DNA from: Propionibacteriaceae bacterium
GTDB taxonomy: Bacteria; Actinomycetota; Actinomycetes; Propionibacteriales; Propionibacteriaceae
DNA: 32,812 nt
NCBI GenBank assembly: GCA_025923975.1
Contig: JAICEV010000001.1
Coordinates: 1 to 32,812 of the forward strand
Direction of reading: 5' to 3'
Shown: positions 1-9,835 of the stretch, one piece after another
Layout: each line of letters begins with the position of its first letter
Position numbering within the stretch: position 1 is the stretch's first letter
The notes under the pieces: generated by a model
Seen by the model: only the letters and a program-made list of their open reading frames with translations
Databases searched by the model: none
What the model was told of the DNA's origin: nothing
Made by a program: the position numbers and the translations under genes

Positions 1-1064
1 CAGCCGTCCTTGCTGTCGCTGAGCAGCAGGCGGGTACCGCCAGCATCGCTGAAGATCACGCCAGGCCGGTCGCCCAACAGCACCATTCTCGGTCCTGGGC
101 CGTCGGTGTCGATCTTCATCGAGGGCAGCGTTGCATCCCGGGTGGCGGTCGCGTCGGCTTGGGCCTCCTCAAAGCTCCAGAGCGCCACGTTGCCGTCGAC
201 GTGGCCCGATACCCAGCAGGTCTGCGCGCATTCGGTGGACAGCGCTTCACTGTGAGTTCCGGCGTCGGGAAGCTGCTGCAGTGTCCATGCGCTGCTGTGG
301 GTCGGCCAAGTCCAGATCGCGGCTCGCTGCTCTGCACCATCGCCGAAGGTGATCACGGAACCAGAAATGATCATGGTCGAGCCGGCGGCGCTTGCTGCGC
401 GGGGTGCAACCTGAACCTGCTTGGTGTTGGCGAGCGCGGTGCCGGCGGACTCCTGACGCAGCCACTTTTGGCCGCGAGGGAGCCAGACTGCCGCGTCCAG
501 CCCACCTTCGGTGGACGCCCAGGTGCCCGCAATTGCCGGTCCCTCGGAGGTGATGACGACGTCGAGCAGGCCACCAGCACTCTGCCCACCGAACGTCTCG
601 AACGTCTGCGGATACTCATCAAGGCGCTGCGTCGAGCCGGCCCAGACGGTCCAGCGGAAGTTCGCGTGGGCCCCGCCGTGTGCGACGCCCAGTGCGACGA
701 CATCGTCGCCCCGAGCAGCCAGCGAACCCAGATCAGCCACCTTCGCGTACGGGCTGTTTGGGTGCAATCGCACCGGCTGCGCCGTCCCTGACGCGTCGAC
801 GGTGAACAGCACCGGGTGATCTCCGCCAGATGATGCGCGGCCTCCTACCAGCAGGGTGTCGGCGGCGGCAGCCAGCGAGGACGCCGCGACGGACTCGGGC
901 AACGCGATGCGGCTCCAGCTCAACTCGCTGACGGTTTCTGTGGCAGCCGGCGGCCCCGGATTCGAACAGCTTAGGGCCATGATCATCAACAGCACCACCA
1001 GGCAGCGATGGGTGAGCTTCCGGCGTGGGACCGAGTCGCCGGTACGCGTCTGATGCCTCGGCAT
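1..1064 (-). CDS. Secreted lipoprotein, hypothetical, beta-rich (3' end runs off the window; not in the ORF track)
   Basis: Manual translation gives an open frame from the ATG at 1064 to the window edge: MPRHQTRTGDSVPRRKLTHRCLVVLLMIMALSC-SNPGPP..., i.e. a basic N-region, hydrophobic stretch and lipobox-like ALSC. Repeated AAVW/AAIW/VALW strands. TAGACT -10-like hexamer upstream. Confidence 0.8.
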   Translation of the reverse strand, partial: MPRHQTRTGDSVPRRKLTHRCLVVLLMIMALSCSNPGPPAATETVSELSWSRIALPESVAASSLAAAADTLLVGGRASSGGDHPVLFTVDASGTAQPVRLHPNSPYAKVADLGSLAARGDDVVALGVAHGGAHANFRWTVWAGSTQRLDEYPQTFETFGGQSAGGLLDVVITSEGPAIAGTWASTEGGLDAAVWLPRGQKWLRQESAGTALANTKQVQVAPRAASAAGSTMIISGSVITFGDGAEQRAAIWTWPTHSSAWTLQQLPDAGTHSEALSTECAQTCWVSGHVDGNVALWSFEEAQADATATRDATLPSMKIDTDGPGPRMVLLGDRPGVIFSDAGGTRLLLSDSKDG

Positions 1065-1228
1065 GATCGCTTCGAGTCTAGGCTCCGCCGCCCTGTCAAC
1101 ATTCTGCCTAGGCGCGGCCGGCAGATGGTTACAGAACTGATCAACCATGGGTCCGCCGCGTCGCACGCCGAACCGGCTGAATTGTGTCAAGGTGAGAACT
1201 AGCACAACAGCTTGTCGGGAGTTCACGA

Positions 1229-1891
1229 ATGCTTGCCCCCCTGCTTGCAACCGAGGATCCGTACGCCGCCGCGTCGATCTTCAGTCAGGCGGGTTGGAAG
1301 GTCGAGTATCAGGCTGTCCGATATGACGACCAGCCTCGAGCGTGCCTGTCGCTAGCCCATTCCCGGGTTGAGCTGGTGCCCCCCAGCGATCCTTACGTTG
1401 TTCCGCGCGGGATTGGTGTCGAATTCCAGATCCATGTATCTCCGCATGAGCTGAGCGGGCTGTTCCTGTTGCACCGTGCGGCCGGCCTGGTGTTCAGCGA
1501 GATGCGTGAGCGGCGGCCGGGGGAGCGCGGATTCCGGGCAGAGATCATCGGTTATCGCTTTCTCATCCTGGGCGGCGATCCTGACCCGGACCTGGCCTTG
1601 GTTGCCACCGATCCGAGGATCGTGGCGCTGGCGGATGGTTTGCGGGAGCGCGACGGTGAAGACGCGTTGACCGATACGGCATTGCGGCTGGCGGAGAGTT
1701 CCGGCGAGAGCGTCAAGGGCCTGCGCCGAGCCATGAGCCAGGGTCTGGGTTTCGGCGCCTCGGACGATGTTGGCGGAGAGCTGGCGGAAGTCGTCATCGC
1801 TGCCGCCATTCTTGCCAGACAGCTCGGAGTTGATCTTGAAAAGCAGATTGAGGCCAAGCTGGGCAGTCCAAGCTGGCACGCCCAGCTCTGA
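1229..1891 (+). CDS. Fusion of an N-terminal VOC/glyoxalase-like domain and a C-terminal MazG-like (all-alpha NTP pyrophosphatase) domain with degenerate motifs
   Basis: The N-terminal half has a VOC-like pattern (LAPLLATEDPYAAASIFSQAGW...GVEFQIHV...RRPGERGFRAEIIGYRFLI). The C-terminal LRLAESSGESVKG...GGELAEVVIAAAILARQLGVDLEKQIEAKL resembles MazG-like KLxEExGE...EELADV...LGIDLE. GGGAG RBS upstream. Confidence 0.6.
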   Translation: MLAPLLATEDPYAAASIFSQAGWKVEYQAVRYDDQPRACLSLAHSRVELVPPSDPYVVPRGIGVEFQIHVSPHELSGLFLLHRAAGLVFSEMRERRPGERGFRAEIIGYRFLILGGDPDPDLALVATDPRIVALADGLRERDGEDALTDTALRLAESSGESVKGLRRAMSQGLGFGASDDVGGELAEVVIAAAILARQLGVDLEKQIEAKLGSPSWHAQL

Positions 1892-1955
1892 CGTATCGGG
1901 AATCCCTCACCGTGGACTAACGTGAGCAGCGTCCGCAATCTGGAGAGCGGTCGGC

Positions 1956-4406
1956 GTGAATGGGGGGCCAATGAGCGAGATTGACGCTGATCAACCGGCG
2001 CCCGAAGCGCACCAGGCGGGCGAGACTGACGGTAGCCAACCGGAACCCGTCGCGACTGAAGCAAGCGAGACTGATGCTGGCCAAGTGGCTCCAGTCACGG
2101 TCGCGGCGAGCCTGCTAGAGGATGGACAGCCAGCACCTCTCGCGCACGAAGCCAGCGAAATCAGCTACGACGAACAGCGCTATCCGGCTCGGCCAAGACG
2201 GCTGCAACCGAAGGGGCGGCTCCGGGATCTTTTCACACTGAGACCGCGGGCCGAGCGCACCGGGAAGCCCCGGGGCGATAACCCCGACTATGTCAGTTGG
2301 CTCGTCGAGCGCTCGATGCTTGAGGATGCGAAGAGATACGCCACCCTGTTCTCCGGCCAGGGCAGCATGTGGCAGAACCCCTTTGCCAACCCGGATCCCC
2401 GAGCAGCGATCGAAAAGGCGTCGGTGTGGTTCACCGCGTACCCGATTTCCATGATCACCAAGCCCGGCAGGTCATTCCTGGGAACTCTCGGCGACGAGGA
2501 TCTGTGGGCTGCCTTCGAGGCCATCGGCATTGACGGCGTACACACTGGCCCCGTCAAGCGGGCTGGCGGCCTCGTCGGTTGGGATTACACCCCGAGCGTG
2601 GATGGGCACTTCGACCGGATCAGTAACTTGATCGACGAGGCGTTCGGAACCGAAGAGGAGTTCCGGGCGACGTCTGAAGTGGCCGCGGGTCATCTCGGGA
2701 TGGTGATCGACGACATCGTGCCCGGCCACACCGGCAAGGGCTCGGACTTCCGGCTGGCCGAGATGAAGGTTGGCGACTACCCCGGGATCTACCACATGGT
2801 GGAGATCGAACCCAAGGACTGGCACCTGTTGCCCATCGTGACCAAGGGCGATTCGGTCAACCTCGACCTCGAGTCCGAAGATCAACTGGCTAAGCACGGT
2901 TACATCATCGGACGGATGCAACGGGTGATCTTTTACGAGCCCGGGGTCAAGGACACCAACTGGAGTGCCACCGCCCCGGTACTCGGGCCGGACGGTGTGG
3001 AGCGCCGTTGGGTCTATCTGCACTACTTCAAGGAGGGCCAGCCCTCGATCAACTGGCTGGATCCGAGTTTCGCCGGCATGCGGCTGGTGATCGGCGATGC
3101 GCTGCATTCGCTAGGTGATCTTGGCAGTGGTGCACTGCGGCTGGACGCCAACGGCTTCCTTGGCGTTGAGAAGAGTGCGGAGGACTCGCCAGCCTGGTCT
3201 GAGGGTCACCCGCTGTCGGAGGCCGCCAACCAGCTGATCGCCAGCATGGTTCGCAAGGTTGGTGGCTTCACCTTCCAAGAGCTCAACCTCACCATCGATG
3301 ACATCAAAAGCTCAGCTGAGCGTGGCGCCGACCTTTCCTACGACTTCATCAACCGGCCCGCCTATCACCACGCGCTGGCGACCGGGGACACCGAGTTCGT
3401 GCGCCTCACCCTCAACCTGTCCATGAAGCACGGGGTGGAGCCAGCCTCACTGGTGCACGCTCTCCAGAACCATGACGAGATGACCTACGAGCTGGTGCAC
3501 TTCGAGACTCTGCATGCGAAGGATCTCTTCACGTTCCGCAGCGAGGATCTCACCGGTCACGAGCTGGCGGTAACGATCCGACAAGACCTTCTTGATCATC
3601 TGACCGGTGATGCGGCACCGTACAACGCGACGTTCACTGAGAATGGCATCGCATCGACGACCGCTACGATCATCGCGGCCGCGTTGGGCATCACCCGTAT
3701 CTCCAAGCTCACTGCAGATCAAGTGGAGCAGATCAAGCAGGCGCACCTGCTGTTGGCCATGTTCAACGCATTGCAGCCGGGCGTTTTTGCCTTGTCGGGA
3801 TGGGATCTGTGCGGGATGCTCACCCTGGACCGTAAGCAGGTCAGCCGTCTCTTAGCAGACGGGGACACCCGCTGGATCCACCGCGCGGCCTACGACCTCA
3901 TGGATTACTGGCCCCATGCTCACGAGTCGCTGTCCAAGATGCCGCGTGGCACGAGCTTGTACGGCTCGCTGCCCGCCCAGCTGCAGGACAGCTCATCCTT
4001 CGTCCGCCGGCTTAGCGAGATTCTGGCCGTTCGCAAGCGGTACGGGATTGCGACCAGTGTCCAGCTGGATGTGCCGCAGCCTTCCAACAAGGCCATGCTG
4101 GTGATGGTGCATCAGCTCACCGACGCCGAGCAGGTTACGGTGCTGAACTTCTCGGCGCATCCGATTTCCGGCAGCGTCCATTCTGAGTACCTGGTGCCCG
4201 GGAGCGCGTTGGTTGACATGTTCACCGATCAGGAGGTCGGGGAGGTCGACGACCTGCACACCTTCTCAATCTCCCTTGGACCGCATGAAGGCAAGTCACT
4301 CCTGGTGCTGTGTCCAGGTGACCATTTGGCTGAGGCCCACGCGAAGACTGCCGATCGGCCCAGCGTACGAAGTGAGGTCGGCGAAGCAACCGCCCTGACC
4401 CCGTGA
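1956..4406 (+). CDS. treS: Trehalose synthase / maltose alpha-D-glucosyltransferase, Pseudomonas stutzeri type (GH13)
   Basis: Motifs [38 protein letters not shown] (nucleophile), FQELNL (acid/base) and LQNHDE. Alternative start ATG 1971. Acidic N-terminal extension. Confidence 0.9.
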   Translation: MNGGPMSEIDADQPAPEAHQAGETDGSQPEPVATEASETDAGQVAPVTVAASLLEDGQPAPLAHEASEISYDEQRYPARPRRLQPKGRLRDLFTLRPRAERTGKPRGDNPDYVSWLVERSMLEDAKRYATLFSGQGSMWQNPFANPDPRAAIEKASVWFTAYPISMITKPGRSFLGTLGDEDLWAAFEAIGIDGVHTGPVKRAGGLVGWDYTPSVDGHFDRISNLIDEAFGTEEEFRATSEVAAGHLGMVIDDIVPGHTGKGSDFRLAEMKVGDYPGIYHMVEIEPKDWHLLPIVTKGDSVNLDLESEDQLAKHGYIIGRMQRVIFYEPGVKDTNWSATAPVLGPDGVERRWVYLHYFKEGQPSINWLDPSFAGMRLVIGDALHSLGDLGSGALRLDANGFLGVEKSAEDSPAWSEGHPLSEAANQLIASMVRKVGGFTFQELNLTIDDIKSSAERGADLSYDFINRPAYHHALATGDTEFVRLTLNLSMKHGVEPASLVHALQNHDEMTYELVHFETLHAKDLFTFRSEDLTGHELAVTIRQDLLDHLTGDAAPYNATFTENGIASTTATIIAAALGITRISKLTADQVEQIKQAHLLLAMFNALQPGVFALSGWDLCGMLTLDRKQVSRLLADGDTRWIHRAAYDLMDYWPHAHESLSKMPRGTSLYGSLPAQLQDSSSFVRRLSEILAVRKRYGIATSVQLDVPQPSNKAMLVMVHQLTDAEQVTVLNFSAHPISGSVHSEYLVPGSALVDMFTDQEVGEVDDLHTFSISLGPHEGKSLLVLCPGDHLAEAHAKTADRPSVRSEVGEATALTP

Positions 4407-4533
4407 GCTCTCCCACTCGGAGAACTCAAATTTCCGACCAGTGCGGACTTTTGGGCACTGGATGGCGCCACGGATGGTCTAAATTCCGACCGGTGACGAG
4501 TTTTCAGACGGCCTTGCTCCGACCGAGCAGGGT

Positions 4534-4560
4534 TGAACTGAGAATGCCCCGCCGTCGTTC
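4534..4560 (+). promoter_or_regulatory. Putative autoregulatory ECF (SigL/ECF17-like) promoter TGAACT-N16-CGTTC
   Basis: TGAACT at 4534-4539 and CGTTC at 4556-4560 lie just ahead of the GTG at 4566 and resemble the SigL consensus TGAACC-N16-CGT. Confidence 0.65.
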
Positions 4561-4565
4561 TATCG

Positions 4566-5159
4566 GTGAAGGACGGGCAAGGCGAGGACGTGACGACGGC
4601 GGTGAGCCTGCAGACAACAGCGGGCCTGAGGTGGGAAGGAGGCTCGGTGGTCGGCGGACAGCGTGAGGCTGCGCTGCAGGAGCTGCACGACCGACACGCG
4701 AGCGAGCTGTGGCGCTTCGCCATGCGGCTCACGCATGACCGCCAGCTATCGGAGGACGTCGTCCAGGAAGTGCTGCTGAAGGCATGGAAAGATCCCAGCC
4801 TCGGGCAGCGCGATGAGGCCGCTGCGCGCGCTTGGCTCTTCACAGCGTCCCGGAACCTGATCATCGACCGCTGGCGAAGCGCCGCCTCGCGACATGAGCA
4901 GCGCATGGAGGAGCCGCCGGAGGAAAGCGCGGGAGACGCGACCAGCGTGGTACTCGACCGATGGCTGATCGCCGAGGCCCTTGGCAGCTTGTCCATGGAG
5001 CACCGCTCCGTGATCAACGCCGCCTACTACGAAGGCAGGTCGGTGGCCGACATCTCCGCCCGGCTCCGCATTCCAGAAGGCACCGTCAAGTCCAGGCTGC
5101 ACTACGGACTCAGAACGCTCAAATTGGCACTACAGGAGAAAGGAGTGACTCGGCCATGA
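4566..5159 (+). CDS. ECF RNA polymerase sigma factor, SigL-like
   Basis: Region 2 SEDVVQEVLLKAW/RAWLFTASRNLIID and region 4 IPEGTVKSRLHYGLRTLKLALQEKGVTR closely resemble mycobacterial SigL. Start could be 4590. Confidence 0.9.
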   Translation: MKDGQGEDVTTAVSLQTTAGLRWEGGSVVGGQREAALQELHDRHASELWRFAMRLTHDRQLSEDVVQEVLLKAWKDPSLGQRDEAAARAWLFTASRNLIIDRWRSAASRHEQRMEEPPEESAGDATSVVLDRWLIAEALGSLSMEHRSVINAAYYEGRSVADISARLRIPEGTVKSRLHYGLRTLKLALQEKGVTRP

Positions 5160-5902
5160 ACGCAATCCCCGACAAGTTCGCCCAGTGGGACGCTGCGTAC
5201 GTGTTGGGCGCACTGTCTCCTGCCGAGCGTCGAGAGTTTGAGGAGCATCTGGCCAGCTGTCCATCCTGTCAGACGGAGGTTTCGGAACTGGCTGCCATCC
5301 CCGGCCTACTAGCTCAGGTCTCTCCAGCGGACGCCGCGATGTTGGCTTTGGCAGACGAAGGCCCCGCGGAATACACCGAAACGCCGGAGTCAAGCGCTGC
5401 TCCCGCCGAGAGCATCGAGGGTCCGCCACCGTCGCTGTTGCCGAAGATGATCAAGAAGGTGCGGGCGCGACGGCGTCGGATGGTGGCCGCAGTCGCCGGG
5501 ATTGCGGCGGCAGTGGTCTTGGTGCTCGGTGGCATAGCAATCAGTGCCGGCCTGCTCCCGCTGGGCCCGCAGGATCCCCACCGAGTTGCCTTCTCAGCAG
5601 TTGTGCCATCGGCGATGACTGCAGTCGCAGACGTCATTCCCACGGAAAGCGGTACAGAGATCAAAGTGGAGTGCCAGTACGGCGCGATCAGCGACCCGAC
5701 CCCCGGCGGCGGGCAGGAGAACTATTCGGTCTACGTCGTTGACCGGGCGGGCAACGCATCGGAGATCAAGGAATGGCCGGTGACGCCAAACAAGCAGATG
5801 CGACCGAGCGGTACTACTCCATTGAAGGTGTCCGAGATAGCTGACCTGGAGATTCGCGAGTCCGACACCAACGACGTCGTGCTCCGCGCTTCTCTTGACT
5901 AA
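5156..5902 (+). CDS. Zinc-binding membrane anti-sigma factor (zf-HC2/ZAS), RslA-like
   Basis: ATGA overlap with the sigma stop codon; WDAAYVLGALSPAERREFEEHLASCPSC (HxxxCxxC); a single TM helix after RRRR; extracytoplasmic C-terminal domain. Confidence 0.9.
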   Translation: MNAIPDKFAQWDAAYVLGALSPAERREFEEHLASCPSCQTEVSELAAIPGLLAQVSPADAAMLALADEGPAEYTETPESSAAPAESIEGPPPSLLPKMIKKVRARRRRMVAAVAGIAAAVVLVLGGIAISAGLLPLGPQDPHRVAFSAVVPSAMTAVADVIPTESGTEIKVECQYGAISDPTPGGGQENYSVYVVDRAGNASEIKEWPVTPNKQMRPSGTTPLKVSEIADLEIRESDTNDVVLRASLD

Positions 5903-5936
5903 CGACCCTCTGCGTTCCTTCAGGAGGAGCTGCGAC

Positions 5937-8408
5937 CTAGTCGCGGGAGATTTCGCCGGTAAGCGGCAAGTCGACGACCGAGCAACCGGCGTGAAGCTGG
6001 TACGTGCCGGGCTCGACCATCCAGCCATGATCCGAGCTGTCCCAGTGTCGGAAATTGTGGTGGTCTACGGTGATGACCGCGTTCGCTACCTCGCCGGCCG
6101 CCGCATCCACGACCGCTGACCCGGCGAGCCAGCGCGGGGCCCGCTCGACAGCGCTGTCGGCTCGGCTGGCGTATAGCTGTACGACCTCGCGACCCGGCCG
6201 ATTGCCCGTGTTGCGTACCCGGACCGTCACGGTGTCGCCGTCAACCGCCATGTCCTCGTACGCCCAGGTCGTATATCCCAACCCATGACCGAATGGGAAG
6301 GCCGGCGTACGGTCCGTCGCCAGGTACCAGCGGTAGCCGATCAACAGGCCCTCGTCGTAGGGCAGCTCACCATTGACCGGCTGAACCGACGGCAGTCCCT
6401 CCTCCGAGGTCGGCCAGCTCATCGGCAATCGACCGCCCGCCTCGACCTTCCCGGTCAACACGTCGGCCAGAGCATTTCCGAACTCCTGCCCTGGGAACCA
6501 GGAGACCAGCACAGCAGCTACCTCGTCAGCCCAGGGCAGCAGTACAGGTGCGCCTGAGTTCACGATCACGACGGTCCGCGGATTGGCTGCCGCAACGGCG
6601 CTGACCAGCTCGTCCTGGCGCCCGGGCAGCGCCAGGCTTGTCCGGTCGAAGCCCTCGCTCTCGACCTCCGCGTTAGTGCCGACCAGAACCACCGCAACAT
6701 CGGATTCGGCCGCCAAGCTGACGGCACGCTCGAACTCCGCCTGCTCATCGATGACCGGCGCAACGTTGAGTTGGACGGTCAGCATGATCACCTCAGCGCC
6801 GCCCAGCTCGGTCCCGGCACCCGTTGGTCGATACGCGAGTTCAACAGATGCGTCTCGGCCGGCCTCGAGCTCAACTACCGCAAGCTGTTGCGGCGGTTTC
6901 ATCATCGCCTCGACCACATCTGCGCCAAGCGGCAGCGTGATCGTTTCGTCGAATAGAGCTTCCCCATCGACCACAAGCCGGAAGTCACCTAGCCCCGATG
7001 TACCGACCGAGTAACGGCCGGACTCCGGCACTCGCAGTCGAGCAACGAGCTGCAAATGATCAATCTCGGCGGCATTCAGGCCTTTCTGTACCTGTCCCCA
7101 CCACATCATGCTGGCCGCCTGCCGCCGCTGCCGACCGAGCTCCCGGTCCTCGGCATCGAAGAAGATCACCTCGACTCCTGGCCCGCTGCCATCCGGCAGT
7201 TGCAGCAGATCCTTGGGTGCAATCTCGGTGCGGTCGCTGCTGCGCACTCCTTCCGCGTGCACGAGCCTGATCTCGTCGCTGAGTGCGGCCCGCAGCCCAT
7301 GGAGTGGAGAAACCACATACGGCGGGAAGACGGTCGCGCTGCCGCCACCGAGTGTTCGCGCCGTTGCTGCATTGGGTCCGATCACCGCAACCTGCCTCAG
7401 CGAGCTCGGCTCAAGCGGCAGCGTGCCGTCATTCTTGATCAACACCATGCCGGCCGCCGAACTGGCCCGCAGCTGGGCGCTCAACTCCTCATCGCTCCAG
7501 CGCCGAGCTGGCGGCGTCGCGGGCGGCAGCCCATCAAGAGCGCCGACCCGAGCGGCTAGCCGCAGGATGCGCAGCACGTGCCCGTCCACAGCTGATTCGG
7601 AGATCTGACCAGACTGGACCGCCTCAAGCAGTCCCTCGGTCCAGGGACTCTCCGGCCCTGGCATCGCCAGATCCAGCAGATCCTCGCCCGCCGCGGCCAC
7701 TGAGCGCGTCGCGTACCAGTCGGACATGATCACGCCGTCGAAGCCCCACTCGCGTTTCAGCACCTCGCGTTGCAACACGTTCTCGGTCATCGTTGTCCCG
7801 TCGACCTTGTTGTACGCCGCCATGACCGCCCAGGCACCAGCCGCCACGATGCGCTCAAACGGCATGAGGTACAGCTCCCGCAGCACCCGCTCGTCGACCA
7901 GCGCGTTGACGCTGAACCGGTCGGTCTCAGAGTCATTGGCAACGAAGTGCTTGACCGTGGCGGCGACGCCCTCGGCCTGCAGCCCTTGCACGTACGCGGT
8001 GCCGATCATGGCCGTCAGTTCGGGATCCTCGCTGAAACACTCGAAATGCCGACCGCCGTACGGAGTCCGGTGCAGGTTGACTGTTGGGGCCAGCAAGACG
8101 TCGACGCCCTTGCGACGCGCCTCGCTTGCCAGCAGCCGGCCCATCCGCTCGAGGAGAGCCGGGTCCCAACTCGCGGCCAAGGCGGTAGGGGAAGGCACAT
8201 TTGCAGACGGGCTGCGTTCGTCCCAGGTCTCACCACGAACCCCTGCCGGGCCGTCAGAGGTGACGAGGCGCCGCAGGCCGATCTCGGGGATCGGATGCAA
8301 TGCCCAGATGTCCGCCCCAGTCATCAGCCGAACCTTTTGCTCAAGGCTCAGCTGTGCCAGCCTGCCAGTGATTTCTGCTTCATGATCAACTGCAGTGGTC
8401 TGGGCCAT
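5937..8408 (-). CDS. GH3 beta-glucosidase with PA14-like insertion and Fn3-like C-terminus
   Basis: SDGPAGVRG, GGRHFECFSEDP, KHFVAND, MSDW nucleophile, ESEGFDR, FPFGHGLGYT. Start chosen at ATG 8408; 8417 and 8429 are possible, and the ORF-track start at 8540 overlaps the next gene. Confidence 0.92.
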   Translation of the reverse strand: MAQTTAVDHEAEITGRLAQLSLEQKVRLMTGADIWALHPIPEIGLRRLVTSDGPAGVRGETWDERSPSANVPSPTALAASWDPALLERMGRLLASEARRKGVDVLLAPTVNLHRTPYGGRHFECFSEDPELTAMIGTAYVQGLQAEGVAATVKHFVANDSETDRFSVNALVDERVLRELYLMPFERIVAAGAWAVMAAYNKVDGTTMTENVLQREVLKREWGFDGVIMSDWYATRSVAAAGEDLLDLAMPGPESPWTEGLLEAVQSGQISESAVDGHVLRILRLAARVGALDGLPPATPPARRWSDEELSAQLRASSAAGMVLIKNDGTLPLEPSSLRQVAVIGPNAATARTLGGGSATVFPPYVVSPLHGLRAALSDEIRLVHAEGVRSSDRTEIAPKDLLQLPDGSGPGVEVIFFDAEDRELGRQRRQAASMMWWGQVQKGLNAAEIDHLQLVARLRVPESGRYSVGTSGLGDFRLVVDGEALFDETITLPLGADVVEAMMKPPQQLAVVELEAGRDASVELAYRPTGAGTELGGAEVIMLTVQLNVAPVIDEQAEFERAVSLAAESDVAVVLVGTNAEVESEGFDRTSLALPGRQDELVSAVAAANPRTVVIVNSGAPVLLPWADEVAAVLVSWFPGQEFGNALADVLTGKVEAGGRLPMSWPTSEEGLPSVQPVNGELPYDEGLLIGYRWYLATDRTPAFPFGHGLGYTTWAYEDMAVDGDTVTVRVRNTGNRPGREVVQLYASRADSAVERAPRWLAGSAVVDAAAGEVANAVITVDHHNFRHWDSSDHGWMVEPGTYQLHAGCSVVDLPLTGEISRD

Positions 8409-8455
8409 AGCAGTCATCCTGTCAGCCATTCCGCCGGTGTCGCTACCTTGAGGGC

Positions 8456-9664
8456 ATGTCCTCGCCAGACCTCGGCATCCCCACCTCCATCCTCGCGACC
8501 GAATGCGACCGACTCCTCGACTTTGGCCGCCATTTCCCACATCCGTTGGGCGGCGCGGCGTGGCTCGACACCCGCGGCCAACCCGACTTGTCCCGCCCGG
8601 TCTACACCTGGATCACGGCTCGGATGCTGCACGTGTACGCCCTCGGCCATCTTTTGGGCCGGATCGGCGATGCCGATCTTGCGCGGCAGGCGCTTGCCGG
8701 GCTCACCGGTCGGCTCCGGGACAGTGGGAACGGCGGCTGGCTGACCAGTGTCAATGCTGCGGGTGAGAGTCCTGACGAGAAGGCCTGCTACACCCACGCC
8801 TTCGTCGTGCTGGCCTCCTCCTCGGCTGCGGTCGCCGGGTTGGCCGGTGGCCCTGATCTGCTGGCCGAGGCGCTCGATGTGTGGGATCAGCGGTTTTTTG
8901 ACGACAGTTCCGGAATGTTCGTCGACTCCTGGAACCGCGACTTCTCCCAGCTTGCCGACTATCGCGGCGTCAATGGCAATATGCACTCAGTCGAGGCCTT
9001 ATTGGCCGCCGCCGATGTGACCGGCGATCAGGTATGGCGCGAGCGCGCCTTTGGAATCGCTCGCCGCGTCGCGCTCGAATTCGCACAGCCGAATTCCTGG
9101 CGGATTCCCGAACACTTCAATTCCAGCTGGCAGCCGCAGCTGGACCACAATCGCGATCACCCGGACGATCAGTTTCAGCCGTATGGCGCCACCGTTGGGC
9201 ATGGCTTGGAGTGGTCGAGGTTACTGCTGCATCTCGAGGCATCCCTGTCCGACCCGCCGGACTGGCTGCTGCCGGCGGCCGAGGCGCTCTTTGATCGTGC
9301 GGTGGTCGACGGCTGGGCTGTCGATGGTACCCACGGCTTCATCTACACCACCGACTGGGACGGTCGTCCAGTGGTCCGCGACCGGATGCATTGGGTCGCC
9401 GCCGAGGCCATCGCGGCCGCCGCGGCACTGCGCCGGCGCACCGGAGATGATCGCTATTCCGACCTAGCCGGTATCTGGTGGACGTACGCGGAGGACTACT
9501 TCTTCGATCGGGAGGACGGATCCTGGCACCACCAGCTCGACGCGAACAATCTTCCGATCGGCACCGTCTGGCCGGGCAAGCCGGACCTGTATCACGCGGT
9601 GCAGGCGACCTTGATCCCGCGATTGCCGCTAGCGCCGAGTATGGCCGCGGCGCTGACACTATGA
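8456..9664 (+). CDS. AGE-family epimerase/isomerase (YihS / mannose isomerase-like)
   Basis: WITARMLHVY, YTHAFVVLA, YRGVNGNMHSVEA, PEHF, PYGATVGHGLEW, RMHWV, VWPGKPDLYH. TACCTT lies 6 nt before the ATG, so the transcript is probably leaderless. Confidence 0.9.
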   Translation: MSSPDLGIPTSILATECDRLLDFGRHFPHPLGGAAWLDTRGQPDLSRPVYTWITARMLHVYALGHLLGRIGDADLARQALAGLTGRLRDSGNGGWLTSVNAAGESPDEKACYTHAFVVLASSSAAVAGLAGGPDLLAEALDVWDQRFFDDSSGMFVDSWNRDFSQLADYRGVNGNMHSVEALLAAADVTGDQVWRERAFGIARRVALEFAQPNSWRIPEHFNSSWQPQLDHNRDHPDDQFQPYGATVGHGLEWSRLLLHLEASLSDPPDWLLPAAEALFDRAVVDGWAVDGTHGFIYTTDWDGRPVVRDRMHWVAAEAIAAAAALRRRTGDDRYSDLAGIWWTYAEDYFFDREDGSWHHQLDANNLPIGTVWPGKPDLYHAVQATLIPRLPLAPSMAAALTL

Positions 9665-9773
9665 CTGCAATCAATATTGGGCGGTCAGTCAGCCAAGCGC
9701 CTCCACGCGAGACTCCGATTCTGGGTTCAAGTGTCGAAAGCCATCATCGGCCGGAAATTCTGCAATAGGGGCC

Positions 9774-9796
9774 TGTCAGTGGTCCGTGCCTATGGT
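9774..9796 (+). promoter_or_regulatory. RecA-NDp/PafBC-like DNA-damage promoter motif TGTCAGTG-N9-TATGGT
   Basis: Matches tTGTCRgtg-N8-TAnnnT except that the spacer is 1 nt longer. It lies 40 bp upstream of a DNA-repair gene. Confidence 0.55.
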
Positions 9797-9835
9797 CACT
9801 GAGGTCCGAGGACTCCTCGTCGTAGGAGGAAGACG

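Noticed and set aside
159-791. 210-aa plus-strand ORF and other short ORFs in 1-1200
   Set aside because: They are shadows of the minus-strand lipoprotein gene and have no recognisable motifs.
1092-1133. Imperfect inverted repeat CTGTCAACATTCTGCC / GGCAGATGGTTACAG between divergent genes
   Set aside because: It needs several mismatches and bulges, which can arise by chance in GC-rich DNA.
4961-5155. N-terminal extension of the anti-sigma ORF in the track
   Set aside because: It overlaps the sigma gene; the ATGA-coupled start at 5156 fits RslA-like proteins.
7770-8744. Long antisense ORFs (e.g. 324 aa here, 4229-5017, 20135-20968, 25401-26213)
   Set aside because: Typical stop-poor antisense or alternate frames of high-GC genes, each overlapping a well-supported CDS.
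9661-9768. 35-codon ORF (MTAINIGRSV...) overlapping the AGE stop via ATGA
   Set aside because: No RBS, no motif and atypical codon usage; probably coincidental, though it cannot be excluded without ribosome profiling.
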